Shown here one piece after another: positions 51,394 through 63,801 of a stretch of DNA of 64,000 nt (the stretch's first letter is position 1; each line of letters starts with the position of its first letter). Made by a program: the position numbers and the translations under genes. Source of the DNA: an uncultured Ventosimonas sp. (GTDB lineage: Bacteria > Pseudomonadota > Gammaproteobacteria > Pseudomonadales > Pseudomonadaceae); the NCBI GenBank assembly GCA_946480835.1, contig CAMLLC010000010.1, forward strand, positions 2,858-66,857, in the 5' to 3' direction. The notes beneath the pieces were generated by a model. The model was not told the origin of the DNA and ran no database searches. It saw only the letters and a program-made list of their open reading frames with translations.

Positions 51394-51864
51394 TTATAGT
51401 TTAGCAGCTATTTTATCAACCAACTCACTGTGCGCTTTAGCATCTACTGAGGATTCAAGAATTTTCTCAGCACCTTGCACAGCTAAATTAGCTACTTGTG
51501 TGCGAAGTTGGTCTCTGGCACGATTCACTTCCAGCTTAATTTCCGACTTAGCATTTGCAATTAGTTTTTCGCCTTCATTTCGAGCTTGCTGTTTAGAATC
51601 TTCGATAATAGACGAAGCGGTTTTATTAGCTTTATCTAGGATATCGGCTGCCTGCTCTTTACCTTCACGAAGCACTTGCTCTACTTGCTTTTGGACTTCC
51701 TGCAATTCGCGCTCTGCACGACCTGCTGCATCCAAACCTTCTGCTATTTTCTTTTGACGTTCTTGCATAACCTTAGTAATAGGAGGCCATACATATTTCA
51801 TACAAAACCAGACAAAAACAGCAAAAGCAATCGTTTGACCGAAAAGTGTCAAATTTATATTCAT
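51394..51864 (-). CDS. atpF: ATP synthase b
   Basis: [28 protein letters not shown]. Confidence 0.98.
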   Translation of the reverse strand: MNINLTLFGQTIAFAVFVWFCMKYVWPPITKVMQERQKKIAEGLDAAGRAERELQEVQKQVEQVLREGKEQAADILDKANKTASSIIEDSKQQARNEGEKLIANAKSEIKLEVNRARDQLRTQVANLAVQGAEKILESSVDAKAHSELVDKIAAKL

Positions 51865-51950
51865 AACGATTTACCTCATGCTCTTCTAGATCACTTAACT
51901 AGTTTAAAGATAAGCAATTAACTAACTGCTCAACTTTCATCAACCAACTC

Positions 51951-52226
<276 letters not shown>

Positions 52227-52232
52227 CTATCA

Positions 52233-53078
<846 letters not shown>

Positions 53079-53093
53079 TTAATTTTTAAAACT

Positions 53094-53495
53094 TTACCTT
53101 ACCAGAATCAACCCCAAGGATGATGTTAATAACACTAAAAAGTAACTAGTAAATAATACCATTATATCTAGCGGTTTAATTATTAAAAATACTAGCACAA
53201 ATAATACAGCGGTTAATATATATTTCCCTATTTCCCCTGTCCACAATGCCAAAGTGATGGCCACAGCTGATTGGGCACCAAAATAACGAAACGTTTTTAA
53301 CACTAAATAACTATTAGGTATTAACACTATAAGGCCACCTAATAATCCACAAAAACCAGCATTTAAACCTTTTGCTAGAAGCCATACAACAGCTATGCAA
53401 ATAGTCACTAACAGCTGAACTACCAATATTTTAAATACCGGCAGTTGATATAACGGTACTTTATGACGAAAAGCCATAATTTCAAGCTCTACCAT
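53094..53495 (-). CDS. atpI: ATP synthase protein I
   Basis: Four hydrophobic segments, GEIGKY, first gene of the operon. Start may be 53477. Confidence 0.88.
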   Translation of the reverse strand: MVELEIMAFRHKVPLYQLPVFKILVVQLLVTICIAVVWLLAKGLNAGFCGLLGGLIVLIPNSYLVLKTFRYFGAQSAVAITLALWTGEIGKYILTAVLFVLVFLIIKPLDIMVLFTSYFLVLLTSSLGLILVR

Positions 53496-53620
53496 TTTAA
53501 ACTAATAAAGCTAACTTTTACTAATTTAAATCATTATTAATAAATTTGGGGGAAAGTATAGGCATATAGCAATAAAGCTTCAACTTAAAATTTCACTAAT
53601 TTTTTACAAAAATACATCTA

Positions 53621-54493
53621 TTAATGAATATGTTTTAAAACACCTTGTAACTCATCTAACGAACTGTAACGTATTACCAATTCGCCTTTACCTTTTTTAT
53701 TATGTTTAATGGCTACCGGAGACCCTATTCGCTCAGCTAATTTTTGCTCTAATCTTTTAATATCGGGGTCATTTGTTTGTTTAACTGGTTTTTTATCTTG
53801 TTCATTTAGCCATTGTCTAACTAACGCTTCAGCTTGCCGTACTGACAACCCTCTAGCAACGATATGCCGCGCTCCTTCTAATTGTTGCTCGACAGGTAAT
53901 CCTAACAGTGCTCTAGCATGCCCCATTTCTAAATCGCCATGTGCTAACATAATTTTTACATCTTCCGGTAAACTGATTAAACGTAATAAATTAGTTACCG
54001 AGGTACGGGACTTACCCACAGCCTCTGCCACTTGCTGTTGAGTTAATGCAAATTCTTGTTGTAATCTTTGTAACGCTATAGCCTCTTCAATAGGGTTTAA
54101 ATCTTCTCTTTGAATATTTTCAATCAGCGCTAATGCTATGGCTGTTTCATCAGGGATGTCTCGTACTAAAGCGGGTATTTTATCTAATCCAGCTTGTTGA
54201 CTAGCTCGCCAACGTCTTTCTCCCGCAATAATTTCATAGCGGTTATTAGCTATAGGACGAACTACTATAGGTTGCATAACACCCTGAGCTTTAATTGATT
54301 GAGCTAACTCTTCAAGGCTTTGCGGATCCATATCACGGCGTGGTTGATATTTACCTCGCTGAATAACCTCTAAAGGAAGCTGATGTAATTCATTTTGTGA
54401 ACTAGAGGAAAGTTGCTCTTGGATACTAGCTACAGAATTGCTTCCTAATAATGCATCTAAGCCACGCCCGAGCCCTCTTTTTTTCACAGCCAT
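53621..54493 (-). CDS. parB: Chromosome partitioning protein ParB
   Basis: GLGRGLDALL, YQPR, IIAGERRWRA, ENIQREDL, HTH. Confidence 0.98.
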   Translation of the reverse strand: MAVKKRGLGRGLDALLGSNSVASIQEQLSSSSQNELHQLPLEVIQRGKYQPRRDMDPQSLEELAQSIKAQGVMQPIVVRPIANNRYEIIAGERRWRASQQAGLDKIPALVRDIPDETAIALALIENIQREDLNPIEEAIALQRLQQEFALTQQQVAEAVGKSRTSVTNLLRLISLPEDVKIMLAHGDLEMGHARALLGLPVEQQLEGARHIVARGLSVRQAEALVRQWLNEQDKKPVKQTNDPDIKRLEQKLAERIGSPVAIKHNKKGKGELVIRYSSLDELQGVLKHIH

Positions 54494-54503
54494 AATAAGA
54501 TCC

Positions 54504-55280
54504 TTACCTGTTTGCGTTACGTTGTTTTTTAATCATTTCTTTAGCCAAAGCCAGATATGCCTCTGCCCCTTTGGACTGTTTATCATAAATAAGTGCCGGC
54601 AATCCAAAGCTAGGCGCTTCTGCCAAACGGATATTCCGCGGGATCACCGTTTTATAAAGCCGAGCACCAAAATGAGCTTGTAACTGGTTAGTCACATCGT
54701 TAGTTAAACTCATGCGAGCATCATACATAGTACGTACTAAACCCTCAATATAGAGGCTCGGATTTAACGAACTAGTAATACGTTCTATGGTGTTTAATAA
54801 ATCAGTAAGACCCTCTAATGCATAGTATTCACATTGAATAGGAATAACTACAGCATCGGCTGCCACTAATGCATTAATAGTTAACATAGATAAAGAAGGT
54901 GGACAATCAATTAAAATATAATCGTAATTATCCCTAATAGGTGCTAAAGCTTCTCTTAACCTATTTTCTTTGTGAGCTAAATTTAATAATTCTACCTCAG
55001 CAGCCGTTAAATCCCTATTGGCGGGTAATAATTGATAACCAGCTTGCTCTGAAAAATGCATAGCATCTACAAAACTACAATCACCCACTAACACATCATA
55101 GATAGAACAGGCTAAACCTAATTTATCTACACCACTACCTGTAGTGGCATTACCCTGAGGATCAAGATCAATCAATAATACATGCTTTTTCGAAGCGACT
55201 AAGGAGGCAGCCAAGTTAATACAAGTGGTAGTTTTTCCTACCCCTCCCTTTTGATTGACTATTGCAAATACCTTGGCCAT
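54504..55280 (-). CDS. parA: Chromosome partitioning ATPase ParA/Soj
   Basis: NQKGGVGKTT, DLDPQGNAT, IDCPPSL, RLAEAPSFG. Confidence 0.98.
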   Translation of the reverse strand: MAKVFAIVNQKGGVGKTTTCINLAASLVASKKHVLLIDLDPQGNATTGSGVDKLGLACSIYDVLVGDCSFVDAMHFSEQAGYQLLPANRDLTAAEVELLNLAHKENRLREALAPIRDNYDYILIDCPPSLSMLTINALVAADAVVIPIQCEYYALEGLTDLLNTIERITSSLNPSLYIEGLVRTMYDARMSLTNDVTNQLQAHFGARLYKTVIPRNIRLAEAPSFGLPALIYDKQSKGAEAYLALAKEMIKKQRNANR

Positions 55281-55291
55281 GAAGTTACCTT

Positions 55292-55936
55292 TTATGAACA
55301 TTGTTTAATAACCAGTAAATGACGTTGCCCTGCACAATTAGGTACGGTCAATTTATAGTTAGATTCTACCCTAAATTCGCTAGGGAGAGCTTGTATTTCT
55401 TCCTCAGGGAAGACTCCTTTCATAGCAAGCCAGCTTGTATGATTATCTGCTAAATGCTGTGTTAATGTCACAAAATTTGCAATAGCACTAAACGCACGAG
55501 AAATTATCCCATCATAAGGTTGCTCAACATGAAAGTTTTCAACTCTTTCATTGACGGCATGAACATTAGTTAATTGTAGCTCTAATGCTACTTGCGTCAA
55601 AAATCTGGTTTTCTTCCCATTACTATCTATTAAAGTATACTCTTTATCAGGATACATAATGGCTAAAGGAATACCTGGCATACCTCCACCACTTCCTACA
55701 TCTAACCAATAGTTACCCTTTTCTGCATAAGGCAAAATACTTAAACTATCTAATAGATGACGCGATATCATTTCCGTCACAGCACGCACTGCAGTGAGAT
55801 TGTAAGCTTTATTCCACTTCACTAATAAAGCCAAATAAGCTAACAATAAGCTTTGTTGCTTTTCTGTAAGATCTATGGCTAATTGTTTAGCCCCTTTTGT
55901 TAAAAGCTCAGCATGTGATGCTGTGATTGCTTCCAT
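55292..55936 (-). CDS. rsmG: 16S rRNA m7G527 methyltransferase
   Basis: [30 protein letters not shown]. Confidence 0.97.
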   Translation of the reverse strand: MEAITASHAELLTKGAKQLAIDLTEKQQSLLLAYLALLVKWNKAYNLTAVRAVTEMISRHLLDSLSILPYAEKGNYWLDVGSGGGMPGIPLAIMYPDKEYTLIDSNGKKTRFLTQVALELQLTNVHAVNERVENFHVEQPYDGIISRAFSAIANFVTLTQHLADNHTSWLAMKGVFPEEEIQALPSEFRVESNYKLTVPNCAGQRHLLVIKQCS

Positions 55937-57825
55937 CAAGCCTGCTCCAACTTATGACCTGCATTACGTTTTTTTAAATAAATCATTAATAACGAAATTG
56001 CTGCTGGAGTTACTCCAGAAATACGAGCAGCTTGTCCTAACGTTTGTGGATGGACATTGATTAACTTTTGCTGAATCTCCTTAGATAATCCAGAAATTAC
56101 CGTATAATCAAGATCGTTAGGCAATACTATATTTTCACTTGCTCGTAATTTAGCAATCTCTTCTTGTTGCCTTGCTATATAACCTGCATATTTTGTCTGA
56201 ATCTCCAACTGCTCAGCCACTTGCGGATCTATATCGGTAATAGCCATAATCGCAGCTAATGAGGTGAAATCCACTTCAGGTCGAGACAATAAATTTAACA
56301 AATTATACTCATGGCTTAACGCCGTATCAAATTGCTTAACTATAGCATCAGCTTGAGCAGTATTAGGCAATACCCAGATTGTTTTTAACCGTTCTGTTTG
56401 TTTATCAATATTTTCTCTTTTACGGCAGAAAGCAGCCCAGCGTATATCATCTACTAAACCTAATTCACGACCTTTTTCGGTAAGGCGTAAATCAGCATTG
56501 TCTTCTCTTAAAATAAGTCGATACTCAGCCCGCGAAGTGAACATACGATAAGGCTCTTGCGTACCTAAGGTAATAAGATCATCCACCAATACTCCTAAAT
56601 AAGCTTCATCTCGACGAGGACACCAAGCAGCTTTACCCTGTGCCTTCAAAGCTGCATTACAACCTGCCAATAACCCTTGGGCAGCTGCTTCCTCATAACC
56701 TGTAGTGCCATTGATTTGCCCCGCAAAAAACAAATTAGCTAAATGCTTGGTTTCTAAACTAGTCTTCAAATCCCTAGGGTCAAAGAAATCATACTCAATA
56801 GCATAACCAGGACGAAGAATATGGGCATTTTCTAGCCCTTTCATACTGTGTACAAAAGCTAATTGCACATCAAACGGCAAAGAGGTAGAAATACCATTAG
56901 GGTATAACTCATTGGTAGTTAGTCCCTCTGGTTCTAAGAAAATTTGATGACTATCCTTGTCGGCAAAACGATGAATCTTATCTTCAATAGAAGGGCAATA
57001 ACGCGGCCCAATTCCTTCGATCACTCCTGAATACATAGGGGATCTATCCAGATTGGCGGCAATAATTTCATGCGTATGGCTATTCGTAGTCGTTATCCAA
57101 CAACTAATTTGGCGAGGATGTTCATCAACACTTCCTAAAAAAGACATTACCGGTAACGGAAAATCACCAGGTTGTTCTTTCATTACTGAAAAATCTACAG
57201 TACGCGCATCAAGCCGAGGAGGAGTTCCCGTTTTTAAGCGGCCTACTCGCAGCGGTAACTCTCTTAACCTTTGTGCTAAGGCAATGGAAGGAGGATCACC
57301 AGCACGCCCTGCTGAATGGTGTTCTAACCCTATATGAACTAAACCATTTAAAAAAGTACCGGTTGTTAACACCACCGTATCAGACAAGAAACGTACCCCC
57401 ATTTGAGTAACTACCCCTTGTACCTCATCATTTGTTACTATTAGATCATCACAGGCTTGTTGAAATAACCAAAGATTAGGCTGATTTTCTAAGGTATGAC
57501 GAATAGCCGCCTTATAAAGAATTCTATCTGCTTGAGCACGCGTAGCACGTACCGCCGGACCTTTTCTACTATTTAATATACGAAATTGAATACCCGCTTT
57601 ATCAGTAGCATGCGCCATTTCACCGCCCAAAGCATCTATTTCGCGCACTAAGTGACTTTTACCTATGCCACCAATTGCAGGGTTACAACTCATTTGCCCT
57701 AATGTTTCAATATGATGAGTTAATAATAAAGTTTTCACTCCCATACGTGCCGCAGCCAAAGCAGCTTCTGTACCAGCATGGCCACCACCTACTACTATCA
57801 CCCCAAAACGACTAGGAAAGTCCAC
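55936..57825 (-). CDS. mnmG: tRNA uridine-5-carboxymethylaminomethyl modification enzyme
   Basis: [42 protein letters not shown] start with SD GAGG. Confidence 0.99.
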   Translation of the reverse strand: MDFPSRFGVIVVGGGHAGTEAALAAARMGVKTLLLTHHIETLGQMSCNPAIGGIGKSHLVREIDALGGEMAHATDKAGIQFRILNSRKGPAVRATRAQADRILYKAAIRHTLENQPNLWLFQQACDDLIVTNDEVQGVVTQMGVRFLSDTVVLTTGTFLNGLVHIGLEHHSAGRAGDPPSIALAQRLRELPLRVGRLKTGTPPRLDARTVDFSVMKEQPGDFPLPVMSFLGSVDEHPRQISCWITTTNSHTHEIIAANLDRSPMYSGVIEGIGPRYCPSIEDKIHRFADKDSHQIFLEPEGLTTNELYPNGISTSLPFDVQLAFVHSMKGLENAHILRPGYAIEYDFFDPRDLKTSLETKHLANLFFAGQINGTTGYEEAAAQGLLAGCNAALKAQGKAAWCPRRDEAYLGVLVDDLITLGTQEPYRMFTSRAEYRLILREDNADLRLTEKGRELGLVDDIRWAAFCRKRENIDKQTERLKTIWVLPNTAQADAIVKQFDTALSHEYNLLNLLSRPEVDFTSLAAIMAITDIDPQVAEQLEIQTKYAGYIARQQEEIAKLRASENIVLPNDLDYTVISGLSKEIQQKLINVHPQTLGQAARISGVTPAAISLLMIYLKKRNAGHKLEQA

Positions 57826-58203
57826 AATTAACCTCTTGACCCAAACAGGCCACTGCTAAAAAATAACCGCATAGTATAGGCATTTTATATTAACGGATAA
57901 AGATTTTCTGCTAAGACTTTCTTACTTATGAATAGATTGCTCATAAAATAGCTACTATAAGTCTTCTCTTGTTACTTATTACCTAGCAACTGCTGTATAA
58001 CACGATTCTTTGCATTGCGGCATGGTTTATACGGATAGGAGATTTTCACGATAGTCTTAACATTCACCAGATATTATTTATTTTCCAAAATAACCTCCAT
58101 CAAATCAATAAAATATAAATCATGAAATAACTTTTAAAACTTTTCTAATATAAAAAATTCTAACCTCACTATAATGACTATAAAATCATAGAGGAGAATA
58201 ATT

Positions 58204-58980
58204 ATGGCTAATAAAAAAGTGGCAGTTATCACAGGGTCTGGTGATGGTTTAGGAAAAGGAATTGCTAAACGTTTAGCTAACGATGGATTTCGCATAGTAA
58301 TTTCCGATATCAATCCTGACACACTGGCAAAAACAGAACAAGAATTTAATCAACATCAACTTGAAGTCACCTCCTTTATTGGCAATGTTGCCAAGCAAGC
58401 AGACCAACAAGCGCTTGTAGCAAAAGCTGTTGAAGTCTTTGGACAAGTGGATGTATTCATCAATAATGCGGGAATTGAAGAAGTTGCCCCTATCTTAGAA
58501 CTTACCCCAGAAGATTTAGAAAAAATCTTTAATATCAATGTAAAGGGGGTCATTTATGGTATCCAAGCAGCCGCCAAACAAATGATTAAACAGGGCACTG
58601 GTGGCAAAATTATTAATGCTTGTAGTATTGCTGGACATGAATCCTATGAACTATTAGGCTCTTATTGTGCCAGTAAACATGCAGTTCGTTCTATTACTCA
58701 TACTGCAGCCAAAGAATTAGCCCAATACAAAATCACTGTTAATGCTTATTGCCCTGGAGTTGCACCTACTAAAATGTGGGATAGAATTGATGAAGGCATG
58801 GTTAAATATATGCATCTACAGCCTGGTGAAGCCTTAAAGAAATTCTCAAAAGGAATTTTATTGGGCCGCTTGCAACAACCAGAAGATATTGCTAATTTGG
58901 TCTCTTTTTTAGCTTCTAGCCATGCTGACTATATTACTGGCCAAGCTATCATAAGTGATGGTGGCATTGTCTTTCGGTAA
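58204..58980 (+). CDS. Acetoin/diacetyl reductase (2,3-butanediol dehydrogenase), SDR family
   Basis: TGSGDGLGKGIA, NNAGI, GKIINACSIAGH, YCASK, NAYCPG..TKMWDRID, YITGQAIISDGG.FR, typical of BudC/ButA. Confidence 0.88.
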   Translation: MANKKVAVITGSGDGLGKGIAKRLANDGFRIVISDINPDTLAKTEQEFNQHQLEVTSFIGNVAKQADQQALVAKAVEVFGQVDVFINNAGIEEVAPILELTPEDLEKIFNINVKGVIYGIQAAAKQMIKQGTGGKIINACSIAGHESYELLGSYCASKHAVRSITHTAAKELAQYKITVNAYCPGVAPTKMWDRIDEGMVKYMHLQPGEALKKFSKGILLGRLQQPEDIANLVSFLASSHADYITGQAIISDGGIVFR

Positions 58981-58987
58981 CAGATTG

Positions 58988-59020
58988 ATAGGCTCAATTG
59001 GTGATTGAGCCTATAGTTTT
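58988..59020 (+). terminator. Intrinsic terminator
   Basis: ATAGGCTCAAT-tggtg-ATTGAGCCTAT (11 bp) followed by AGTTTT. Confidence 0.75.
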
Positions 59021-59198
59021 ACACTAGCTAAAATTAACCTGCCCCCTAAAGACATTTCATTATATAATAAAGCTATATTAAAGTTTTTTATATAGAAATA
59101 ACTGAAAACTATTTCCCCTCAAGTTTGTAATCAGTTACTTTACACCTGCATAAAATTTATTAAATACCTTTAATATGAGGTATGGAGCTGTTTGTTTT

Positions 59199-59939
59199 AT
59201 GATTGTACTGGATCAGGTTTACAAGCGTTATAGCCATCCTAACCAAGCGCAATGGTTTGACGCGGTACACCCAACCTCTTTGACTATTGAACAAGGAGAA
59301 ATCTTTGGTTTAATAGGCTTTTCTGGTGCAGGAAAATCCACCTTATTGCGGCTTATTAATTTATTAGAACGTCCCGATGGTGGTAGAGTATTGGTAGATG
59401 GTCAAGAGTTAACCAGCTTAACTAGTTCACAGCTACGCAAAGCACGCCAAAATATTGGAATGGTCTTTCAGCAATTTAATTTACTAAGTAATTTAACAGT
59501 TGCCGATAACATAGCTTTTCCTTTAAAAATTGCTGGCTGGAATAAAGCTCAAATTCAAGCAAGAGTAAAAGAATGCTTGGCCATAGTAGATTTAGAAGAT
59601 CGTATTAATCATTACCCTGCCCAATTATCAGGCGGTCAAAAACAACGAGTAGGGATAGCTAGAGCATTAGCTCCCAGCCCTCATGTTATTTTAGCTGATG
59701 AACCTACTAGTGCCCTTGACCCTGTGACCACCCGTAGTGTATTAGATTGTTTAAAAGATATTAATCAACGCTTTAATGTTACCATTGTGATAGTCACCCA
59801 TGAAATGCAAGTAATACGTAAACTCTGTAATAGAGCAGCACTCATGGAAAATGGCCGTATTATTGAAATAGCCAACGTCGTCAATAAACAAATTATTGCT
59901 GACTCTGAATTAGCCAAAAAACTGTTAGAGGATTTATAA
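59199..59939 (+). CDS. metN: Methionine ABC transporter ATPase, short form without C2/NIL domain
   Basis: GFSGAGKS, LSGGQKQRVGIARAL, ILADEPTSALDP, VTHEM; about 246 aa. Confidence 0.93.
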   Translation: MIVLDQVYKRYSHPNQAQWFDAVHPTSLTIEQGEIFGLIGFSGAGKSTLLRLINLLERPDGGRVLVDGQELTSLTSSQLRKARQNIGMVFQQFNLLSNLTVADNIAFPLKIAGWNKAQIQARVKECLAIVDLEDRINHYPAQLSGGQKQRVGIARALAPSPHVILADEPTSALDPVTTRSVLDCLKDINQRFNVTIVIVTHEMQVIRKLCNRAALMENGRIIEIANVVNKQIIADSELAKKLLEDL

Positions 59940-59951
59940 GAGGACAAAAGT

Positions 59952-60629
59952 ATGGGGCTTGTAGCTTACTTGCATAATATTTTGTCAATGAAAGATGAAT
60001 TTTGGATTGCTAGCCAACAAACCTTTATCATGGTTTCTATTGCTACTAGTGTGGCGGTTATCGTTGGATTGGCTATTGGAATTTGTTTGCATTTAACTAG
60101 CACTCATCAATTATGGCAAAATAAATGGCTAAATAAATCACTAGGTACTCTAGTTGATTTCTTGCGGGCTTTCCCTTTTGTTATCTTAATGGTAGCTATT
60201 AGCCCTCTTTCTACCTTATTAACTGGCGCAAGAATTGGTCCTTATGCTGCTTCTGTGGCTTTATCTGTAGCAGCTACTCCTTACTTTGCAAGACTAGTTG
60301 AGCAAAGTTTGCGAGAAATTCCCAAAGGTATAATTGAGGCAGCCCAAGCTATGGGGGCATCTAATAGCACCATTATTTTTCAAGTATTAATTACTGAAGC
60401 TAGAGCGAGCCTAGTTTCAAGCACTACCGTATTAATTATTAGTATTCTATCTTACAGCGCCGCCGCTGGTATGATAGGCGGCGGCGGTTTAGGTGATTTA
60501 GCCATCCGCTATGGCTATAACCGTTATCAAACCGAGGTAATGGTAGCGGTCGTTATATTACTGTCGATTTTAGTGATAATGATCCAAGCAGTAGGTAATT
60601 TGCTTACCCGTAAACTGGATAAACGTTAG
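59952..60629 (+). CDS. metI: Methionine ABC transporter permease
   Basis: LRAFPFVILMV, PYFARLVEQSL, EAA loop, GGGGLGDLAIRYGYNR. Confidence 0.94.
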   Translation: MGLVAYLHNILSMKDEFWIASQQTFIMVSIATSVAVIVGLAIGICLHLTSTHQLWQNKWLNKSLGTLVDFLRAFPFVILMVAISPLSTLLTGARIGPYAASVALSVAATPYFARLVEQSLREIPKGIIEAAQAMGASNSTIIFQVLITEARASLVSSTTVLIISILSYSAAAGMIGGGGLGDLAIRYGYNRYQTEVMVAVVILLSILVIMIQAVGNLLTRKLDKR

Positions 60630-60644
60630 AGGATAGGTATTAAC

Positions 60645-61514
60645 ATGCAAACAATTTCAATTAAAACCATAGCCATTGGGCTATTAAGCCTTTGCCTTGG
60701 TCTTGCAGGTTGTAACAAACAGCAAGATACTAATATAAAAGTTGACTCAGCCGCCAAAAAAACCATCATTTTTGGGACAACCGTTGGTGACTTTGGTGAT
60801 ATGGTGAAGTTTTCTATCAAACCTATTTTAGAAAGCAAAGGTTATCAAGTGCAATTAACAGAATTTACTGATTATGTACAACCCAATTTAGCATTAGCAG
60901 AGGGTAGTATTGATGTTAATATTTTCCAACATAAACCTTATTTAGATAATTTTAAAGCTGAAAGAAAGTTAGACTTATCACCCGCTTTTCAAGTGCCTAC
61001 AGCACCTTTAGGGATATATTCAGGCAAGTTAACTAACTTAACCCAAGCTAAGCAAAATATGCGGGTATCTGTTCCTAATGACCCTAGTAACTTTGCTCGA
61101 GCATTATTAATGATGAATGAATTAGGTTGGTTAACTTTAAAAGACCATATTAATCCATTAAATGCTTCTGAAAAAGATATTGCCGAAAATAAATATCACA
61201 TCCAACTAGTGCAATTAGAAGCAGCACAGATTCCCCGCGCGCGCAATGATGTAGATTTTGCAATTATCAATGGCAATTATGCTGTTAGCTCTGGAGTTGA
61301 TTTAACCACCGCGCTTTACCAAGAGCCCAGCTTTGACTATGTAAACTGGGGTGCTATGCGTACAAAAGACTTACATACTGCGTGGGCCAAAGACGTGATA
61401 GCAGCTTACAATTCAGCTGAGTTTAAAGCCTATGCCTATAAAAATTATGCTGGTTATAAATGGCCAGCTAATTGGCTTCAACAAGCCACAGACTCAGCCA
61501 AAGATACTCATTAA
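60645..61514 (+). CDS. metQ: Methionine-binding lipoprotein MetQ/NlpA
   Basis: Lipobox LAGC, FTDYVQPN, NIFQHKPYL, PNDPSNFARAL, INGNYA. Confidence 0.94.
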   Translation: MQTISIKTIAIGLLSLCLGLAGCNKQQDTNIKVDSAAKKTIIFGTTVGDFGDMVKFSIKPILESKGYQVQLTEFTDYVQPNLALAEGSIDVNIFQHKPYLDNFKAERKLDLSPAFQVPTAPLGIYSGKLTNLTQAKQNMRVSVPNDPSNFARALLMMNELGWLTLKDHINPLNASEKDIAENKYHIQLVQLEAAQIPRARNDVDFAIINGNYAVSSGVDLTTALYQEPSFDYVNWGAMRTKDLHTAWAKDVIAAYNSAEFKAYAYKNYAGYKWPANWLQQATDSAKDTH

Positions 61515-61581
61515 AATAGGGCGCGACTCAAATAGTTAACCAAAGCGCCCATTAGAAAATGCATTTAACGGTTACCGCAAT

Positions 61582-61609
61582 AAGCCCTTCAATAAGCAAG
61601 GGCTTTTTT
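61582..61609 (+). terminator. Intrinsic terminator of metNIQ
   Basis: AAGCCCTT-caataagc-AAGGGCTT followed by TTTT. Confidence 0.75.
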
Positions 61610-61610
61610 A

Positions 61611-62960
61611 TTATTTTCTAATCATCGCCATGATATCTAGAGGATAATCTACATATAGGCGCACTTCATTATTGTCGCTATTGGCTTGAAATTTATTATC
61701 AGCTCTATAAATAGTAGTTCTTAGCTTAAAGGCTAAATCTTTTGCTTTACCTTCTTGAATTGTATAAGAGATTTGATTAAATAATTCTCTTTCTTTAGCT
61801 CTAGGGGCGTTTAGCTGAGGCGCGGTTTGTGCTTCCCAACCATATACATAAGCTGATTTGAAGGCTAGCCCAGGAATACCCAACTCATTACCAGTTAACT
61901 CATAACTTAATTGTAATGACTTTTCATCTTTATTATTGAAGTCTGATTCATAGGAGTTAGCTAACCAAATAGTTGACCCCCCATCATTGGTGCCATAGCC
62001 AGAACCATAATCAAAGCCATGCCCATACCAACCACCTTTAACTTGTTGATACGCTAAGATAAAAGCATGTGCCTCGATACTATACTTAGCTGCTAAACTC
62101 CAAGTAGTGTTATTAATGCTTTTATCAATGGCACCTTCGCTAGTACGGCGCACATATTTCTTATCATAATCTGTGTAATACATATTAAAATCTAAACCTA
62201 CACTTTGTTTATTAGCAAACGGATAGGTATAGTTCAAATTACCATAAGCTCTATTAGCAATATCTTTATTCCATGCATAATACAAACTCGTACTAAAATC
62301 ATTAGTGAAATTATAAGTACCGCCTATTAAATCTAACTGTTTCATGCCTACAAAATAAGCTGTAGGGTAACCTGTATTATCATGACCTGTACTATGCGGG
62401 CTACTCAGTGCTGTAAAATGACCTGCATTAATTTCGAGATTTTTAATTTCTTTACTGGTAAGTAACGTTCCTGTAACAGACTCAGGGAGTAATCTACTTG
62501 AATCGGTTGTTAATACGGGTAAATTTACAAATTGATTACCATACTTAATGGTAGTATTAGAAAATCTTGCCTTAACAGCCCCTCCCCATTGACTCCAATC
62601 CTTAGCTGAATGCCCAGAGTCACCGACTGTGGTAACATCCATAGAAGCTGCGGCATGTCCTTTTCCGCCATCTAATTTATAGCCTTGTAATCCCCAAATA
62701 TCAACACCAAAACCTACTGTGCCTTGCGTAAAGCCTGATTCAAAGATACTACTTAACCCAAGCCCCCAAGCCATACGTTTACTTTGACCATCATAATGGC
62801 TACTTTTAAAATCTCTACTAAAATAAAGGCTACGAATATGAGCATTCCATTTACTATCATCCCACAAACCTTTACTATCACTTTGCTCACTAGCGAAAGT
62901 AAAACTAGAACTAACTAAACAAATGGCTAAGGCCAATAGTTTTTTATTAGACGGTTGCAT
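61611..62960 (-). CDS. OprD/Occ-family outer membrane porin
   Basis: Signal peptide, FESGFTQGTVGFGVD, GGAVKARFSNT, DSSRLLPE, ERELFNQISY, EVRLYVDYPL. Confidence 0.93.
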   Translation of the reverse strand: MQPSNKKLLALAICLVSSSFTFASEQSDSKGLWDDSKWNAHIRSLYFSRDFKSSHYDGQSKRMAWGLGLSSIFESGFTQGTVGFGVDIWGLQGYKLDGGKGHAAASMDVTTVGDSGHSAKDWSQWGGAVKARFSNTTIKYGNQFVNLPVLTTDSSRLLPESVTGTLLTSKEIKNLEINAGHFTALSSPHSTGHDNTGYPTAYFVGMKQLDLIGGTYNFTNDFSTSLYYAWNKDIANRAYGNLNYTYPFANKQSVGLDFNMYYTDYDKKYVRRTSEGAIDKSINNTTWSLAAKYSIEAHAFILAYQQVKGGWYGHGFDYGSGYGTNDGGSTIWLANSYESDFNNKDEKSLQLSYELTGNELGIPGLAFKSAYVYGWEAQTAPQLNAPRAKERELFNQISYTIQEGKAKDLAFKLRTTIYRADNKFQANSDNNEVRLYVDYPLDIMAMIRK

Positions 62961-63123
62961 TTTAAAGGAATCTCCTACCTTCTTTGATTAATAGATAATT
63001 AGCTATAAATGTAGCAAAATAATGACTTTATAACTATAAGTTTTTAGTTTATTCTAGTTTAAATTGATTAATTTTAACTACTCTTAAGTTATTGCTCATC
63101 TACACTAGGTAAGTGAGGTTATT

Positions 63124-63801
63124 ATGGATACATTTAAGCAATTTACTACAGCTGGTTTTGTAGTATTAGAGCAACTACCTAGCCCTATTGAACTACAGCA
63201 AATTGAAAACGTATTAGCCACTACCCCACTTAGCAACGCTGGAAGTAGAGAGTTACTTAATGAAACCTGGTGTCAAACACTAGCTAATCAACTAAAAACT
63301 AATCAACGACTCGTATCTCTGCTACCCAATCCAACAATTGCTATCCAATGTACTTTATTTAAAAAATTAATCGAAAAAAACTGGTTAGTCCCTCTACATC
63401 AGGATTTGAGCATCAGTCTTAAAAAGAAACTCGATAAATAAGGTTATACAGGCTGGTCAGCTAAACAACAGATGTTATTTGTACAACCTCCCGCCGAGAT
63501 ATTAGAACAACTTGTTGCCGTGCGCTTGCATATTGATGATTGTTTTGCTGAGCATGGTCCTTTAAAAGTAGTAGCAGGCACACATCAACAAGGACGCATT
63601 CCTGAAAAAGACTGGCCTACTATTAGAAATCAACTTGGCGAGCAAACCTGTTTAACCGCCAAAGGAGGAGCAGTAGTTATGCGTCCCCTTATTTTACATT
63701 CTTCATCTAAAGCCGAACAAGCAAACGGCAGCAGAGTACTACATTTTTTATTTGCGCCTGCCGCACTAGCTAACGAGCTACCTTTACAGTTTAGTATTTA
63801 A
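63124..63801 (+). pseudogene. Phytanoyl-CoA dioxygenase (PhyH)-family Fe/2OG enzyme interrupted by an in-frame TAA
   Basis: The two ORFs are in the same frame: ...PLHQDLSISLKKKLDK*GYTGWSAKQQMLFVQPP... Both the HxD motif (HQD) and the distal His (LILHSS) are present. The stop is at 63439-63441. Confidence 0.85.

Noticed and set aside
57826-58203. oriC-like region upstream of mnmG
   Set aside because: The best DnaA-box candidates (e.g. GCTGTATAA, AACGGATAA) have 2-3 mismatches to TGTGGATAA/TGTGTATAA, and I see no skew switch in spot checks.
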